Below are positions 8,271 through 18,618 of a stretch of DNA of 64,000 nt, piece by piece (within the stretch, counting starts at the first letter, position 1; every line of letters begins with the position of its first letter). The notes beneath the pieces were generated by a model, which saw only the letters and a program-made list of their open reading frames with translations, searched no databases and was not told where the DNA came from. The DNA lies in IMG/VR virus record IMGVR_UViG_3300048438_000153, positions 1 to 64,000 of that record; one strand, given 5' to 3'. The position numbers and the translations under genes are program-made.

Positions 8271-8644
8271 AAAATCTGATCTATGTCGCTGAAAAGGTAA
8301 AAGAAGATTTCTGAGCACCTCTCAGGAGTTAAGAAATCCTTGCCGAATCGAGGGTAAAAACTAAAATACTCAAGGGATGACTCGAAAGCCCTATCTCTCA
8401 AAGAGGTCTTGTTCTTAAAGATCTCTTTCGCGAGATCCTGTGCCCCCTCAAGAGTCTCTGCCTTACTTAGCTTGAGGCGTCCCCCACAGTCGTTATAACG
8501 AATAGAAGTTAAGCTATGGAAGTTAGCTTCGATGACATAGTAAGACCCTATTTTATTAATATAGCTTCCTTGTACGACAACTCCATCAGACTTGATCTTC
8601 CACAGACGATACCCTCTGACTTTATTAAAAGTGATCTTTCCCAC
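8264..8644 (-). CDS. Hypothetical protein
   Basis: 126-aa ORF with a GTG start, downstream of repeat copy E. Confidence 0.6.
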   Translation of the reverse strand: MGKITFNKVRGYRLWKIKSDGVVVQGSYINKIGSYYVIEANFHSLTSIRYNDCGGRLKLSKAETLEGAQDLAKEIFKNKTSLRDRAFESSLEYFSFYPRFGKDFLTPERCSEIFFYLFSDIDQILS

Positions 8645-8665
8645 GTCAAACCCTTTCTAGTTGAG

Positions 8666-8713
8666 ACTCTTAGTTACTTTCCCAAACCTGTTACCTCACC
8701 AATACCTCAACTC
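8666..8713 (-). repeat. Dispersed intergenic repeat, copy E
   Basis: Coding strand GAGTTGAGGTATTGGTGAGGTAACAGGTTTGGGAAAGTAACTAAGAGT; contains the TGA stop of gene 8707-8916. Confidence 0.9.
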
Positions 8714-8916
8714 AACCTCCTCTGATTCTCTAGCCAAAGACGCGCCGAGTGAGAGAGATCCACCACATCCACTCGGTTCACTCCAATAACCTTTCTTTCT
8801 GTTACAGCCTCCGCGTCCCTCTCCGCTAAGAGCCTCAGACTATATGCCCGACTAACTCTCCCAATGTGCGCCGAGTCTATAGGCTGACCCGTTAATCTGT
8901 CTTGTAAGTAGTACAC
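8707..8916 (-). CDS. Small hypothetical protein
   Basis: 69-aa ORF with a GTG start, first gene of the leftward array. Confidence 0.5.
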   Translation of the reverse strand: MYYLQDRLTGQPIDSAHIGRVSRAYSLRLLAERDAEAVTERKVIGVNRVDVVDLSHSARLWLENQRRLS

Positions 8917-9188
8917 ATTCTCTCTCTTTCTTTCTTAATAAGCCCTACTCTCTTCCCATGCCCTATAAAGACTACACAAAATCACCGCTGTATCCAAAAA
9001 CCCTCCCTTGAAATCAAAACGAAAGATTCTTAAATACTTATCTGTCTCCACTCAGGGGGGGAACCTCACTTAACCCTATAAAATCCCCATCTAACTCTCT
9101 CTTGTAGTGCGATGCGGAGGGTATAACCTAGAAGACTTTCTTAAAGTAGGGACACTAGACAACAAAACACAGTGAAAGAGAGGGATGT

Positions 9189-9770
9189 ATGCCAACACCG
9201 TTAGAGTTGGAGAGTAGTGTAAGGGCAAGCGACCCTACGGGTATCTTTCTCAGTCCTATGGGTGGGCTTAAGTTGAAGGGTATTTGTGTGGGTATCTCTA
9301 CATGGTTGAGGGTGGGCTATACAGTGAGTTCTTTCTCTGTGGGTTCAGGGGGGGTGGGTGCTTGTCAGGGTAGTCTCTTTCTTAATGTGGGGGGGGCATC
9401 TTCTCTTATGTTGAGGAGTCTAACAGGGACAGGACAGATGAGTGGTTTACTTGTATCGTCTTATGCTTCTGCACTAGGAAATGGGATAGCGAGTCTACCT
9501 TATCTTATTAGCGGTGTGAGTCCTTCAGTGGGGGTAGGTACATTCACAGTGACGGGTGGTGTGGGAGAGCCTATTAGTTTAGTGGGTGCTCTTCAGAGTG
9601 GATTAGTGAGTGTGGGTTATAATGGAGTGGTGTCATCTTTGGAGATAGGCGGTATTTCTGAGGGTGTAGTGAGTTTATTTACTGTGGGAGTGAGTGGAAC
9701 AGGCGGAGTGGTAGGCACACCTAGTCCGTCGGGTTTATCTGCACCTAATGCGCCATTGTTTGTGCTTTAA
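9189..9770 (+). CDS. Gly/Ser/Val-rich probable virion (baseplate-region) protein
   Basis: 193 aa, GAGGG SD, co-oriented directly upstream of the 2884-aa protein. Confidence 0.6.
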   Translation: MPTPLELESSVRASDPTGIFLSPMGGLKLKGICVGISTWLRVGYTVSSFSVGSGGVGACQGSLFLNVGGASSLMLRSLTGTGQMSGLLVSSYASALGNGIASLPYLISGVSPSVGVGTFTVTGGVGEPISLVGALQSGLVSVGYNGVVSSLEIGGISEGVVSLFTVGVSGTGGVVGTPSPSGLSAPNAPLFVL

Positions 9771-9779
9771 GGAAAAGAC

Positions 9780-12700
9780 ATGAAAGAGATCATATTAGAC
9801 GCGAGGTCAAGTAACCGTAATGACACCTCTACAGGGTTAGCTCTACGAGAAGTCTTAGACAGGGGGGCTTATGTAGGGGGCTTACGAGGAGACTTGATGT
9901 TTCTTTCTGAGGGTAACGGAAAGATCATTGATCGTGATGTTTCCGTAAGCGAGTTGGGTGAGGGTTCTTTCTTAGAGGTTCGTGGTGGTGATGTTCTTTA
10001 TGGTGGGGTGAGGGGATTGAGTGAGGGAGACTATGTGAAGAGGGGCGTAGTTCTTTCTTGGACTCGTAATGACACAGAGCGCGTAAGATTTAGCGGAGAC
10101 TTTGATTTATTGGGAGGGGGAAACCGCTTGTCATTGGGTGTAGTGGGAGGTGATTTAGCTAGGTTGGTTTCTTTCTCTGAGGGTGTGGAGTTACGCATAG
10201 GGGGGGATGGTTTAGACGATAGCGAGTGGTCATCGAAGATTGGGGGTGGCGAGATTGTTTTCACGGATGGGGAGTTGGGTGAGTATGTGTTCTTGGGAGA
10301 TGAGAAAGTAGTGTATGGAGGAGACGGAAGTCTTAGGATAAAGGAGGGTGAGTTTGATGAGGGCTTAGAGGTTTGGTTTGTGGGGGTGGAGCTTTTGGGA
10401 GTGGAGGTGTTGGGAGTGGATTCAGGAGAGGCTTTTCTTTCTCCTGTACCTTATGTGTATGAGCACATTTATTTGAGGGTAGGCTCAGAGGGTCACATAG
10501 GCTCAGAGCAGATGACGTATTGTTATTCTGACGCGGAGTGTAGGGGGTTAGATTTAGGGGAGTACGGAGTGGCTTTGAGTCTCTCTAGTGGGCTATTGAG
10601 GTTTGGTTCTAGTTACGAGGGTAAAGAGATCAGGTATGAGGGATTACTCTTAGGTAGGTGTGGTGAGTTAGTCTCTGAGCAAGTGGTGACGAATGGAGGT
10701 TTAGTGAGCGAGGGAGATATTCTTTCTACGGGTGTGGACAGTGTATCGGGAGAGCTTGTTGGTTTAGGTTATGGGAGTGTGTTTCTTAATGTAGGGGGGG
10801 TGTCATTATTGCCTGTGGTTTCGGGGGACAAGGTGAGGTCGGGAGACAGGGCTTATTTCGGTAGTGATGGGCGCATTAGATTGAAGCGTGGGGTTGAGTT
10901 ATTGGGTCAGGTTCGAGGCACAGGTATTTTGAAGTTGGTTCAGAGTTTCTTTCCTTGTCGCATGGAGAGGGTGGGTGTGTCACAGAAGAAAGTGTTGGGT
11001 CTTGATGGGAGTGTGGACTTAGCGAGTGGTGGTGTGGTGAGCTACACGCCTGATGGAGTTGTGACAGGAAACGGTGTGATATCTCCCTCGGGTCATTTAG
11101 TCTTAGGAGATGGGGAGGACTTCGCGAGCTATGATGAGTCTTTGGGTGCAGTGCCTTTGGGTCTAGGTACAGGAGTTGTGTTAGCTCTTAGGGGCGAGGG
11201 TGTGAATGGCTTTAGAGAGCTTGAGGATTTCATTGTTTCTGACGGCTTGAGGTCGGGGAGTACTTTCTCTTTCTTAGACTTTGTTCCGCGCACTGACTTT
11301 AGTGGTTATGGCGTGGGGTCTAACTATTTCAAAGCGGGTGAAGAGGTCTTGAAGCTCGGGGAGGACTTGGAGTATGACTTCGCTGACAGGAGAGCGCCGA
11401 AGGTAGGTTGGATAGAGGGGCGTACTCGTGCTTCAGAGTTAAAGAACCCGACTTCTTTCTTTCAGTTGGAATCGGGTGTTGTTGTGGGCTCGACCTCGAT
11501 CAAGCTCTCTAGTGGTACGAGCGTGGAGGTCTTAACAGAGGGCTTAGACTATGACTTACCCTTTGAGGCTCAGGGGGGCTTTGCGCGTCAGATCGCTGAG
11601 TTAGGTGGAGAGCGCACTAGGGGCTATAAGAGCGTCAAGGTGAGTGACACTGAGGCGATTCTTTCTGACTTGGTTTTAGAGCCTTCGGTGGGCAACTACC
11701 TTGTCTATGAGGGAGACTCTCTTTACAGGGAGGTTCTTTCTTTCTTAAAGGAGGAGAGTGGTGGTCATCGTGTAGAGTTGAGCAGTGGTTCTATCTATGA
11801 CCTGAGAGGAAACGAGACTGTGGGAGACTTAACAGGAGGTTGGGTCTTATACGAGGGGGTGTTAGGGGATGTCTCGGGTGGTGAAGTGAACCTCATGAGA
11901 GTCAACGATGAGTGTTTCGTGGACTTGCCCCTCTCTGACGAGCCTTTCTTGAGGGTCTACAAGACGTATTCAGCGAGTACAGCTCAGGAGGTGGGCTTAG
12001 TCTTATCTAAGGTGAGTCCAAAGAGTGTTCTTTCTGCTCGTCTTGAGGGTGGTTCAGATGTACCTCTCGTTGTTCTTTCTAATGAGGTATTGCCTAATAG
12101 AGTCATGGATGTCTCTTCGGCACATTACGTGAGCGGAGACTATAAAATCTTAGTAGACGGTGTAGAGAACACTTCTTTTTCAGTGGGCGCTGAGGGTTTG
12201 ATTTCTTTCTCACCTGTGATTGATGACTTAAGCGAGGTAGTTTTTCAGCCTCAGCCGAGATCTCTTGAGACTCAAGTTGAGTACCTGAACGGAGTGATGG
12301 GTTCATCTCTCCCTGTGGTAAAAGTCTTAGAGGAGCTCGTGGACACTGAGTATCGGGTTCAGCCGATCACAGGGGTTATTTCTTTCTCACAGCCTTTAGA
12401 CGAGGCTGTTGGCGTGGAGGTCTTGTATACTCCCGTAGACCCTGAGACTCAGGAGGCTCTTTCTCAGAAGAGAGAGACGATTTTGTTTGTCAAGACGCTT
12501 GAGACGTGTACTCGCGTTAGTGACAGGCTTTTTACTTTCTCTGAGAGCGCATACTTGGATATCACGCCACAGGTGTATGTGGACGTCTTAGAAGCATCAG
12601 GTGTGGTAGTCAGAGATGGCGAGATCGAGTTTGTCTTTGACGTGGCTGAGTCTGCGACGGTAGCTATTTCTTATGTGAGGGAGGGATCACTTGGCGGTGA

Positions 12701-15700
12701 GTACACGGTCAAGGTAGCAGAAGAGATATTCAAACCCTTTATTCAGTTGAGCGCCCACGCTAGTGAGATGACTCTTTCTGAGAGGTCGAGCATCCCTGAG
12801 TTATCTGTGGGTGAGGTGTTGGATTTGGGTTCTCACAGTGTGCTCGTTTCGGGAGTCTCGGGGAACGTGATTTCTTTCTCGCCACCTTTGAGGTTTGGCT
12901 TGAATGTGAGCTCAATCAAGCGCACGAGTAGAGCGGATTTATTTCTGTCAGTGGAGGGCGCGGATTTGACCTCTAAAGGCAAGTCCTCAGACCTTTTCTT
13001 AAAGGGAAACTACAGGGATTTAATCGCCCCTAACTCAGTGTTGATCCTTGAGGGATCGACTCCACATAGGGTCAGGAACGTAGTCTTCTTAGAGGAGGGG
13101 GTAACTCAAGTCGCCGTCTATGGTTACGCTTCGGCTCATGTCCTTTCTTCTTTCTCGGTGTCTGTTAGGCCGATACCGAATGAGGGGGATGTGGTCTTGG
13201 GCGGAGTCGGCGCGGTAGCGGTGGACTTGGGTTCAGTCTTAATCAAGGAAAGGAACGGACTTGGGTTGCCTTTAGAGCCGAGTGTGGACTACTTACTTGA
13301 GCCCGACACAGGAGTCGTGACCCTCATTAACGGACATCGCGTTGAGGAGGGTACGCGTTATACTCTGAGGTACACCGCGATCAGCTCTGTTTCACCCACC
13401 TATAATGCTGACGGTTCAGTGAGCTATCCTAAGTACAGCGCGACTTATTCTGTGAGAACGGACGCGAGCAAGTATGAGGGCTTACCCTTACTTGCTAAGT
13501 GCGTGATTGAGACGAAAGACAAGTTCATTCTCCCTATCGTGGATGAGGATTCTTACTCAGCCGAGATTTCAGCACAGCTCCTTCAGGAATCCTCTCCTAC
13601 TTCGGGAGAGAAGCAGGGATCTACGCCTTCTCCTAGACAGGGTGTGTCAGTGGGCTTGTTTGATAACCTCGCGAGAGATGTCATCGCGAGGAATAAGATT
13701 TCTTTCTACCACGCAGTTTCTAACGTGGTGGATGATTGGGTCAGTACCACCACAGGTAAGGTTGTTGGCGATCAAGATGGACGCTTTAGGTTCGATATTG
13801 AACAGGGAGACCTCAACTATGTGGGAGACGGACTCGAAGACCCTGTAACAAGAGTCTTAAAACCACGCTACGCGCCTCTTGAGTTCCTAGAGGGTATCGA
13901 CATAACCCTCACCGAGAAAGATGACTACAGTGGGCTTTCTGTGAACACTCTGAGAGGTGTCTACAGAGGTCAGGTTTCTTTCGTAGAGAATGAGATGGAC
14001 GATTACGTTTTAGTAGGGACAAAGACAGTGCGGTCGTTGAGCCTGATCGCTCCTTTCTTAAGTGTGGATCTCGTGCCTCGGTACGCTCAGATGTGGAAGC
14101 CTCACGGATATTCTAGACTCTACCCTGAGCGTGGTTCTTTCTTCTCCGTTCTCTACCCTTCTGACGTGGGTTACTCTTACCCTGAGACGGAGGGCTCTGT
14201 GATCGGTCAGATCGAGAACGGCTCTAAGGGGGAGATCAAGGGCATTACAGGGATATCTTCACTGAGAAAGCGCCCTTGTCGTATGAGGGTTCTCGACTTC
14301 AAGCCGTATGGCTACCCTTCAGTGGTGGGGTCTAAGGGCAGACCGACTTTCTTAGTGTCTGTCGTCTCCTACGACGAGTTCCCTTATGACGCTCAGGGCA
14401 ACCCTGACACGTCTAAGTTGATTTATGAGGGTAATCCTACAGGTGAGTTCCCTTCGGTGATTACAGGCAATCCTAGTCTTTCTTTCGGAGGTCTTTCTGT
14501 AGGCTCTGTTCTTGAGCTTGGGCGACAGGGATCAGGTTTCTCTGTGCTGTTAGATAACTCTGAACAAAAGCAGTCAGACGCTAATCTCTTTCCCGATCTC
14601 TTCTCGTCAGCACCCAAGAAAGTACGAGTGAGAGAAGTCGTTGAGGGGTGTTATGTGGTATTGGAGGGGCGCGCTAGTTCAATGGAGTGGAGTGGGCTAA
14701 GTCTTACAGAGGCGAACCCTAGAAAGGGAGATACTCTCCTTGAGTCTTTACAGGGAGATATTGACGACACCGAGAGCAGAGGAGGCTTCTTCAGAGTCGG
14801 TTCTGACGTGGGAGTCAATAACGGCTCGGGTGAGGTGGTCGATATATCTCTCCCTTCAGTGAGTGATCCCAACTTCCCCTTAAAAGAAATCTTCGAGCAA
14901 AACACGCCGAGCCCCCTCTTGTCTTTCGAGGGAGAGGTTCAGTTCGCTAACCGAGAAACATCTCCTTTCTTGTTTTCCGCGCTCTTGGGTGACGCACTCA
15001 ATGACAGTGGAGACGAGTCTATCCCTTATCTCTCTCAGTTAAGCGAGAGGGAGCTTCTCGCTGACGTGACTCAAGCGATGGGAGGTATCCTCAGAATAAC
15101 TGAGGGAGGTTCTTATGTGTACCCTGACGAGATCCCTGATGACGAGGGTGAGATCGCTTCAGGCAAGCTCATTCTTTCCTCTAGCCTAACGCCTTTCTCA
15201 GACGGCGAGATAGGCTCTAAGGATGTTGAGCAAGGGGATTTAGTCTTAGTAGATCTCTCTGATGGCGCTTCAGGTCTGATTGAAGTCTCTACTGTAGATG
15301 GAGGCATCTTACCTCCGAGGTTTAAAGCCCCTGTAAGTCAGGGTAATCTTCAGTACAAGCTCACGGACTACTATGAGGCTGATGTTTCTGTTTCGGGCAT
15401 TGGGTTGAGGATAGGTCAGTTTCAGTTTGGAGGGGGCTACCTCACTAAATTCTTACTTGCTACGAACGCGACACCTACGGACTACTTGACCTATGACGCG
15501 CTCATCACTTTCATAGAGCAAGCGACGAGCGGAAAGCACAACTCTTTCGATCTTTCTTTCTTAGGGGCTATGCTTAACTTCGTCTATGACGGTGCTTGGG
15601 AGATCTTTGACAATTTGTCAGGCAACCACATCTCCGTAAATATAGACACTTACGGCGCTAATCAGGGACAGCCTATTGTGGATCGAGGCTTTGAGATTTT

Positions 15701-18434
15701 CTCTCCCACTCCTGTCATCAGCCAAGCTGTGTGGACTACTGTGATCATCCCTAACGGCGGTGTTCTTTCTACGATAGATCACGTCACTGAGACGTATATT
15801 CTTGACGGCGCGTCCTCGACAGGACACGACTTTAAAGTCTCGCTCAACTTCCTTGAAACGGACGTATACTTGGGGGGCAACCCAACAACAGAGGTCGGAG
15901 GTAGCCAAACTGCTCAGATTCTCTCTGACAGGCTCTCTCTTTCCGAGAATGGGTCTTTCTTAGGGGGGCTTGCTTCCTCTAACGCAGAGCTAGAAATTGG
16001 GGTCTGTGACGTAGGCGCTGTAGCAAACAGTGACATCAACTCTACAGCCAACATTAACGGCGGAGTAGGGTTCAACCCACTGACAGGATCTGCCAATACT
16101 CTTAGAGTCCCTGCTTTCTACGGCTACGGAAACACACCCATTTCTAAGAGTGGATTGAAGCTCACAACTCTCGTCGGCTCAAGGGTCACAGAGGGAAGCA
16201 CGATCTACGAGGAAGTGGGAGCTACTCTTAACTATGACTTGGGTGCTGTGGAAGCTTCAGGCGACCTTTCTTTCTCAAGACCTCAAGACCTGATCTTCAT
16301 TGATGGTGGGCATAGCTCAGGAACTCATAGGATTGAGGGCGTCATAACTGAGCCTATCACCTCTGCTGAGTACACAGTGTTTGCGCCCAAGATAATGAAC
16401 CTTACTGACAATGGAGACGGCACTTTCGATATAGAGCTTTCTTCCCTAGTAAGTGAGTATTATGACCCTTCGCCTGTAGAGGTGAGCGTGATCATAAGCC
16501 AAGCTAACATCAGGAGCGCAGACGCACCCACCGCGAATGCTTCGGGAGTTATTCTTACTGTAGACTCGGTTGATGGCTCGACGCTCACTGTCTCAGGGAT
16601 TGTATCTGATCTTGATGGTGTGGGTGTCGAGGGAGGCATCTCTGACTTGATCCGAGAGGGACAAGACCTCATAGGATTTGATCGAGTGTCTTTTGACCCG
16701 AACAAGACAGAGATCGGTTTTTCTTTCTTAAGGTTCAGCGCCTCAGCGATTGACGGCGATAGTAGCTTCACACCTCATGGCGTGGGTCTTTCTTTCGACA
16801 TTAACCCGACCAACAGTTCTTTCTCTAACGGCTTGGGTTATCTCTATCTCAATAACAGCGCGCCCCCTCCAAGTGTTCACTACTTACTGACAGGAGATAA
16901 GATCACGCTCACAGTGGATATTAAGAAAGGACTCTACATCGACCCTTCTTTCCCTCGTATGTGTAACAACTATGGGAGCTCAAACCCTAACTACTTCGGC
17001 ACAGCGACGGCTTATGGTCTGTATGACCCTAGTGGGGCTTTCACCTCTGAAATAGTAGATGTCTCTGTGAGGAGGTTGAGGCGGTTCAGTGACATATTCT
17101 TGAGGCTCTCTTCTTCTTTCTCCGCGCTCAACCCTCTCTATGAGATTAGGAGAGGGCTTGTAAACACTTTAACGAAGCTCGGAAATATTGTAACTCTTAC
17201 CGCGAGCCCTGTTAATCGTGAGGGAGTCTCAGACCCTAGTGGAAAGGACACTCAAGTAGGAGATTTCGCCGAGGCGGTTTCTATGGGCGATAAGATCACA
17301 GTTCTTAATAGCGACGGTGATCAGGCAATGAGACTCAAGGTTCTTTCTGTTGGCTCTGAGGTCAAGTGCCTCTACATCTCGGGTGATATCCCTGTAGGTG
17401 CTTCTTCTTTCTCTGTTGAGGTGAGAAATGGGATTGTCCCTCAAGAACAGATATTCGATAAGTTCGTGGGTCTTTCTTTCTCTGAGATATACAGCTCGGA
17501 GCTTGGGAAGGTTCAAGGGGGTTCTCTGAGGGATGGGAACGCATCTCTCAACTTCCTTTCTTTCGAGAGTCTCATCGGTCAATATATCTTAATAGATCCA
17601 CAGGGATCACTAGACACTCCTGACGAGTACGGCGCACCGCCTCAAGGTGATACAGGAAAGATTAGCACTACAGGCTATGTCGTGGGATCTGTGAGCCCCT
17701 TCGACGACAACCGAGGACTCTATAAGATCGTGGGCGTGGAGGCAGATAATCTTACGGTTGAGCCTGTCATCCCTGTGGAGGGCATTGCGCCCTCTGACTA
17801 TAGCTTCCTACCTAGCGTGAACGGTGTTGATGGCACAGCACTTAGAGACACCGCCCCTCAAGCTAACGGAACACACGACGACCCCTCTAATAGCTCTTTC
17901 TCTATTGAGCCTTTCTCATACAAGATTCTGAAAGCTAACACAGAGGTGGCTGAAGAGATGATCGCCTCGGTGATGATGATGAGGGAAAGAACGCTCTCTT
18001 GGATGGAGCTTCTTTCTTCTTTCAACGAGATCAGACCCTACACATGGTCTGAGTATGTGTCGGAGGGTCTGATTTCTGAGGTGGGTGAGGACGATAAGAC
18101 TTATCTCACGAATGAGGAGCTTTTAGTCGTAGAGGGCAACACAGGAGTCACACCGCTTGACGTTCCTTTCGTGACGAACAGTAGGTGTCTTTCTGTGTTG
18201 GCTAGGCGCTTTTTAGTGGAAGACGACAGGCTTCTCTTTGAGGGTTACTCTGAGGTTGGAGATGCCCTCCCAAGTCTATTAGAGAATGGTATCTCCTTTA
18301 TAGAAGCGCGAGAGAAGAGGTACTCTTGGTTAAATGTACGGGCGGGTTTGCTTACAGGCACACTTGCTAAGATTGACCGAGTGGACTTCAACAACCCTAA
18401 CAACAAGGCGTTAGAGGACATTAACGATGAGTGA
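9780..18434 (+). CDS. Giant (2884 aa) probable virion structural protein (baseplate/tail-associated)
   Basis: Uninterrupted 8.6-kb ORF with beta-rich G/S/V/D composition and AAGGA SD. No catalytic motif recognised. Confidence 0.75.
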   Translation: MKEIILDARSSNRNDTSTGLALREVLDRGAYVGGLRGDLMFLSEGNGKIIDRDVSVSELGEGSFLEVRGGDVLYGGVRGLSEGDYVKRGVVLSWTRNDTERVRFSGDFDLLGGGNRLSLGVVGGDLARLVSFSEGVELRIGGDGLDDSEWSSKIGGGEIVFTDGELGEYVFLGDEKVVYGGDGSLRIKEGEFDEGLEVWFVGVELLGVEVLGVDSGEAFLSPVPYVYEHIYLRVGSEGHIGSEQMTYCYSDAECRGLDLGEYGVALSLSSGLLRFGSSYEGKEIRYEGLLLGRCGELVSEQVVTNGGLVSEGDILSTGVDSVSGELVGLGYGSVFLNVGGVSLLPVVSGDKVRSGDRAYFGSDGRIRLKRGVELLGQVRGTGILKLVQSFFPCRMERVGVSQKKVLGLDGSVDLASGGVVSYTPDGVVTGNGVISPSGHLVLGDGEDFASYDESLGAVPLGLGTGVVLALRGEGVNGFRELEDFIVSDGLRSGSTFSFLDFVPRTDFSGYGVGSNYFKAGEEVLKLGEDLEYDFADRRAPKVGWIEGRTRASELKNPTSFFQLESGVVVGSTSIKLSSGTSVEVLTEGLDYDLPFEAQGGFARQIAELGGERTRGYKSVKVSDTEAILSDLVLEPSVGNYLVYEGDSLYREVLSFLKEESGGHRVELSSGSIYDLRGNETVGDLTGGWVLYEGVLGDVSGGEVNLMRVNDECFVDLPLSDEPFLRVYKTYSASTAQEVGLVLSKVSPKSVLSARLEGGSDVPLVVLSNEVLPNRVMDVSSAHYVSGDYKILVDGVENTSFSVGAEGLISFSPVIDDLSEVVFQPQPRSLETQVEYLNGVMGSSLPVVKVLEELVDTEYRVQPITGVISFSQPLDEAVGVEVLYTPVDPETQEALSQKRETILFVKTLETCTRVSDRLFTFSESAYLDITPQVYVDVLEASGVVVRDGEIEFVFDVAESATVAISYVREGSLGGEYTVKVAEEIFKPFIQLSAHASEMTLSERSSIPELSVGEVLDLGSHSVLVSGVSGNVISFSPPLRFGLNVSSIKRTSRADLFLSVEGADLTSKGKSSDLFLKGNYRDLIAPNSVLILEGSTPHRVRNVVFLEEGVTQVAVYGYASAHVLSSFSVSVRPIPNEGDVVLGGVGAVAVDLGSVLIKERNGLGLPLEPSVDYLLEPDTGVVTLINGHRVEEGTRYTLRYTAISSVSPTYNADGSVSYPKYSATYSVRTDASKYEGLPLLAKCVIETKDKFILPIVDEDSYSAEISAQLLQESSPTSGEKQGSTPSPRQGVSVGLFDNLARDVIARNKISFYHAVSNVVDDWVSTTTGKVVGDQDGRFRFDIEQGDLNYVGDGLEDPVTRVLKPRYAPLEFLEGIDITLTEKDDYSGLSVNTLRGVYRGQVSFVENEMDDYVLVGTKTVRSLSLIAPFLSVDLVPRYAQMWKPHGYSRLYPERGSFFSVLYPSDVGYSYPETEGSVIGQIENGSKGEIKGITGISSLRKRPCRMRVLDFKPYGYPSVVGSKGRPTFLVSVVSYDEFPYDAQGNPDTSKLIYEGNPTGEFPSVITGNPSLSFGGLSVGSVLELGRQGSGFSVLLDNSEQKQSDANLFPDLFSSAPKKVRVREVVEGCYVVLEGRASSMEWSGLSLTEANPRKGDTLLESLQGDIDDTESRGGFFRVGSDVGVNNGSGEVVDISLPSVSDPNFPLKEIFEQNTPSPLLSFEGEVQFANRETSPFLFSALLGDALNDSGDESIPYLSQLSERELLADVTQAMGGILRITEGGSYVYPDEIPDDEGEIASGKLILSSSLTPFSDGEIGSKDVEQGDLVLVDLSDGASGLIEVSTVDGGILPPRFKAPVSQGNLQYKLTDYYEADVSVSGIGLRIGQFQFGGGYLTKFLLATNATPTDYLTYDALITFIEQATSGKHNSFDLSFLGAMLNFVYDGAWEIFDNLSGNHISVNIDTYGANQGQPIVDRGFEIFSPTPVISQAVWTTVIIPNGGVLSTIDHVTETYILDGASSTGHDFKVSLNFLETDVYLGGNPTTEVGGSQTAQILSDRLSLSENGSFLGGLASSNAELEIGVCDVGAVANSDINSTANINGGVGFNPLTGSANTLRVPAFYGYGNTPISKSGLKLTTLVGSRVTEGSTIYEEVGATLNYDLGAVEASGDLSFSRPQDLIFIDGGHSSGTHRIEGVITEPITSAEYTVFAPKIMNLTDNGDGTFDIELSSLVSEYYDPSPVEVSVIISQANIRSADAPTANASGVILTVDSVDGSTLTVSGIVSDLDGVGVEGGISDLIREGQDLIGFDRVSFDPNKTEIGFSFLRFSASAIDGDSSFTPHGVGLSFDINPTNSSFSNGLGYLYLNNSAPPPSVHYLLTGDKITLTVDIKKGLYIDPSFPRMCNNYGSSNPNYFGTATAYGLYDPSGAFTSEIVDVSVRRLRRFSDIFLRLSSSFSALNPLYEIRRGLVNTLTKLGNIVTLTASPVNREGVSDPSGKDTQVGDFAEAVSMGDKITVLNSDGDQAMRLKVLSVGSEVKCLYISGDIPVGASSFSVEVRNGIVPQEQIFDKFVGLSFSEIYSSELGKVQGGSLRDGNASLNFLSFESLIGQYILIDPQGSLDTPDEYGAPPQGDTGKISTTGYVVGSVSPFDDNRGLYKIVGVEADNLTVEPVIPVEGIAPSDYSFLPSVNGVDGTALRDTAPQANGTHDDPSNSSFSIEPFSYKILKANTEVAEEMIASVMMMRERTLSWMELLSSFNEIRPYTWSEYVSEGLISEVGEDDKTYLTNEELLVVEGNTGVTPLDVPFVTNSRCLSVLARRFLVEDDRLLFEGYSEVGDALPSLLENGISFIEAREKRYSWLNVRAGLLTGTLAKIDRVDFNNPNNKALEDINDE

Positions 18435-18618
18435 GTGGAAAGCACCTACAGACAACCCTAAGTATCCTGATCAGATCTCGGAGATGATTTCTAATCTTAA
18501 GAAAGTCACTGAGATGCTTGAGGGTCAGATCAGACAGGACGAAGCCTCTATTAAGCGACTTGAGCTTGAGATGAAAAAGTTCGAGGCGCAGAGAAAGAAA
18601 GGAGGCGGTAATGGCTGA
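18427..18618 (+). CDS. Small coiled-coil protein
   Basis: 63 aa with heptad pattern; overlaps both neighbours. Confidence 0.65.
   Translation: MSEWKAPTDNPKYPDQISEMISNLKKVTEMLEGQIRQDEASIKRLELEMKKFEAQRKKGGGNG

Noticed and set aside
8187-8318. N-terminal extension of the 237-aa ORF call
   Set aside because: It translates through repeat copy D and overlaps the upstream gene. A good SD precedes the internal ATG at 8186.
4642-8713. Dispersed repeat interpreted as a CRISPR array
   Set aside because: The copies are separated by whole genes (0.4-1.9 kb) rather than 30-40-bp spacers, the repeat is not palindromic, and there are no cas genes in the window.
10031-18445. Numerous short antisense or alternate-frame ORFs inside the 2884-aa gene, and likewise inside the 1784-, 4204-, 1367- and 1077-aa genes
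   Set aside because: They are shadow ORFs fully nested in long coding frames, with S/P/R/L-rich composition and no RBS.
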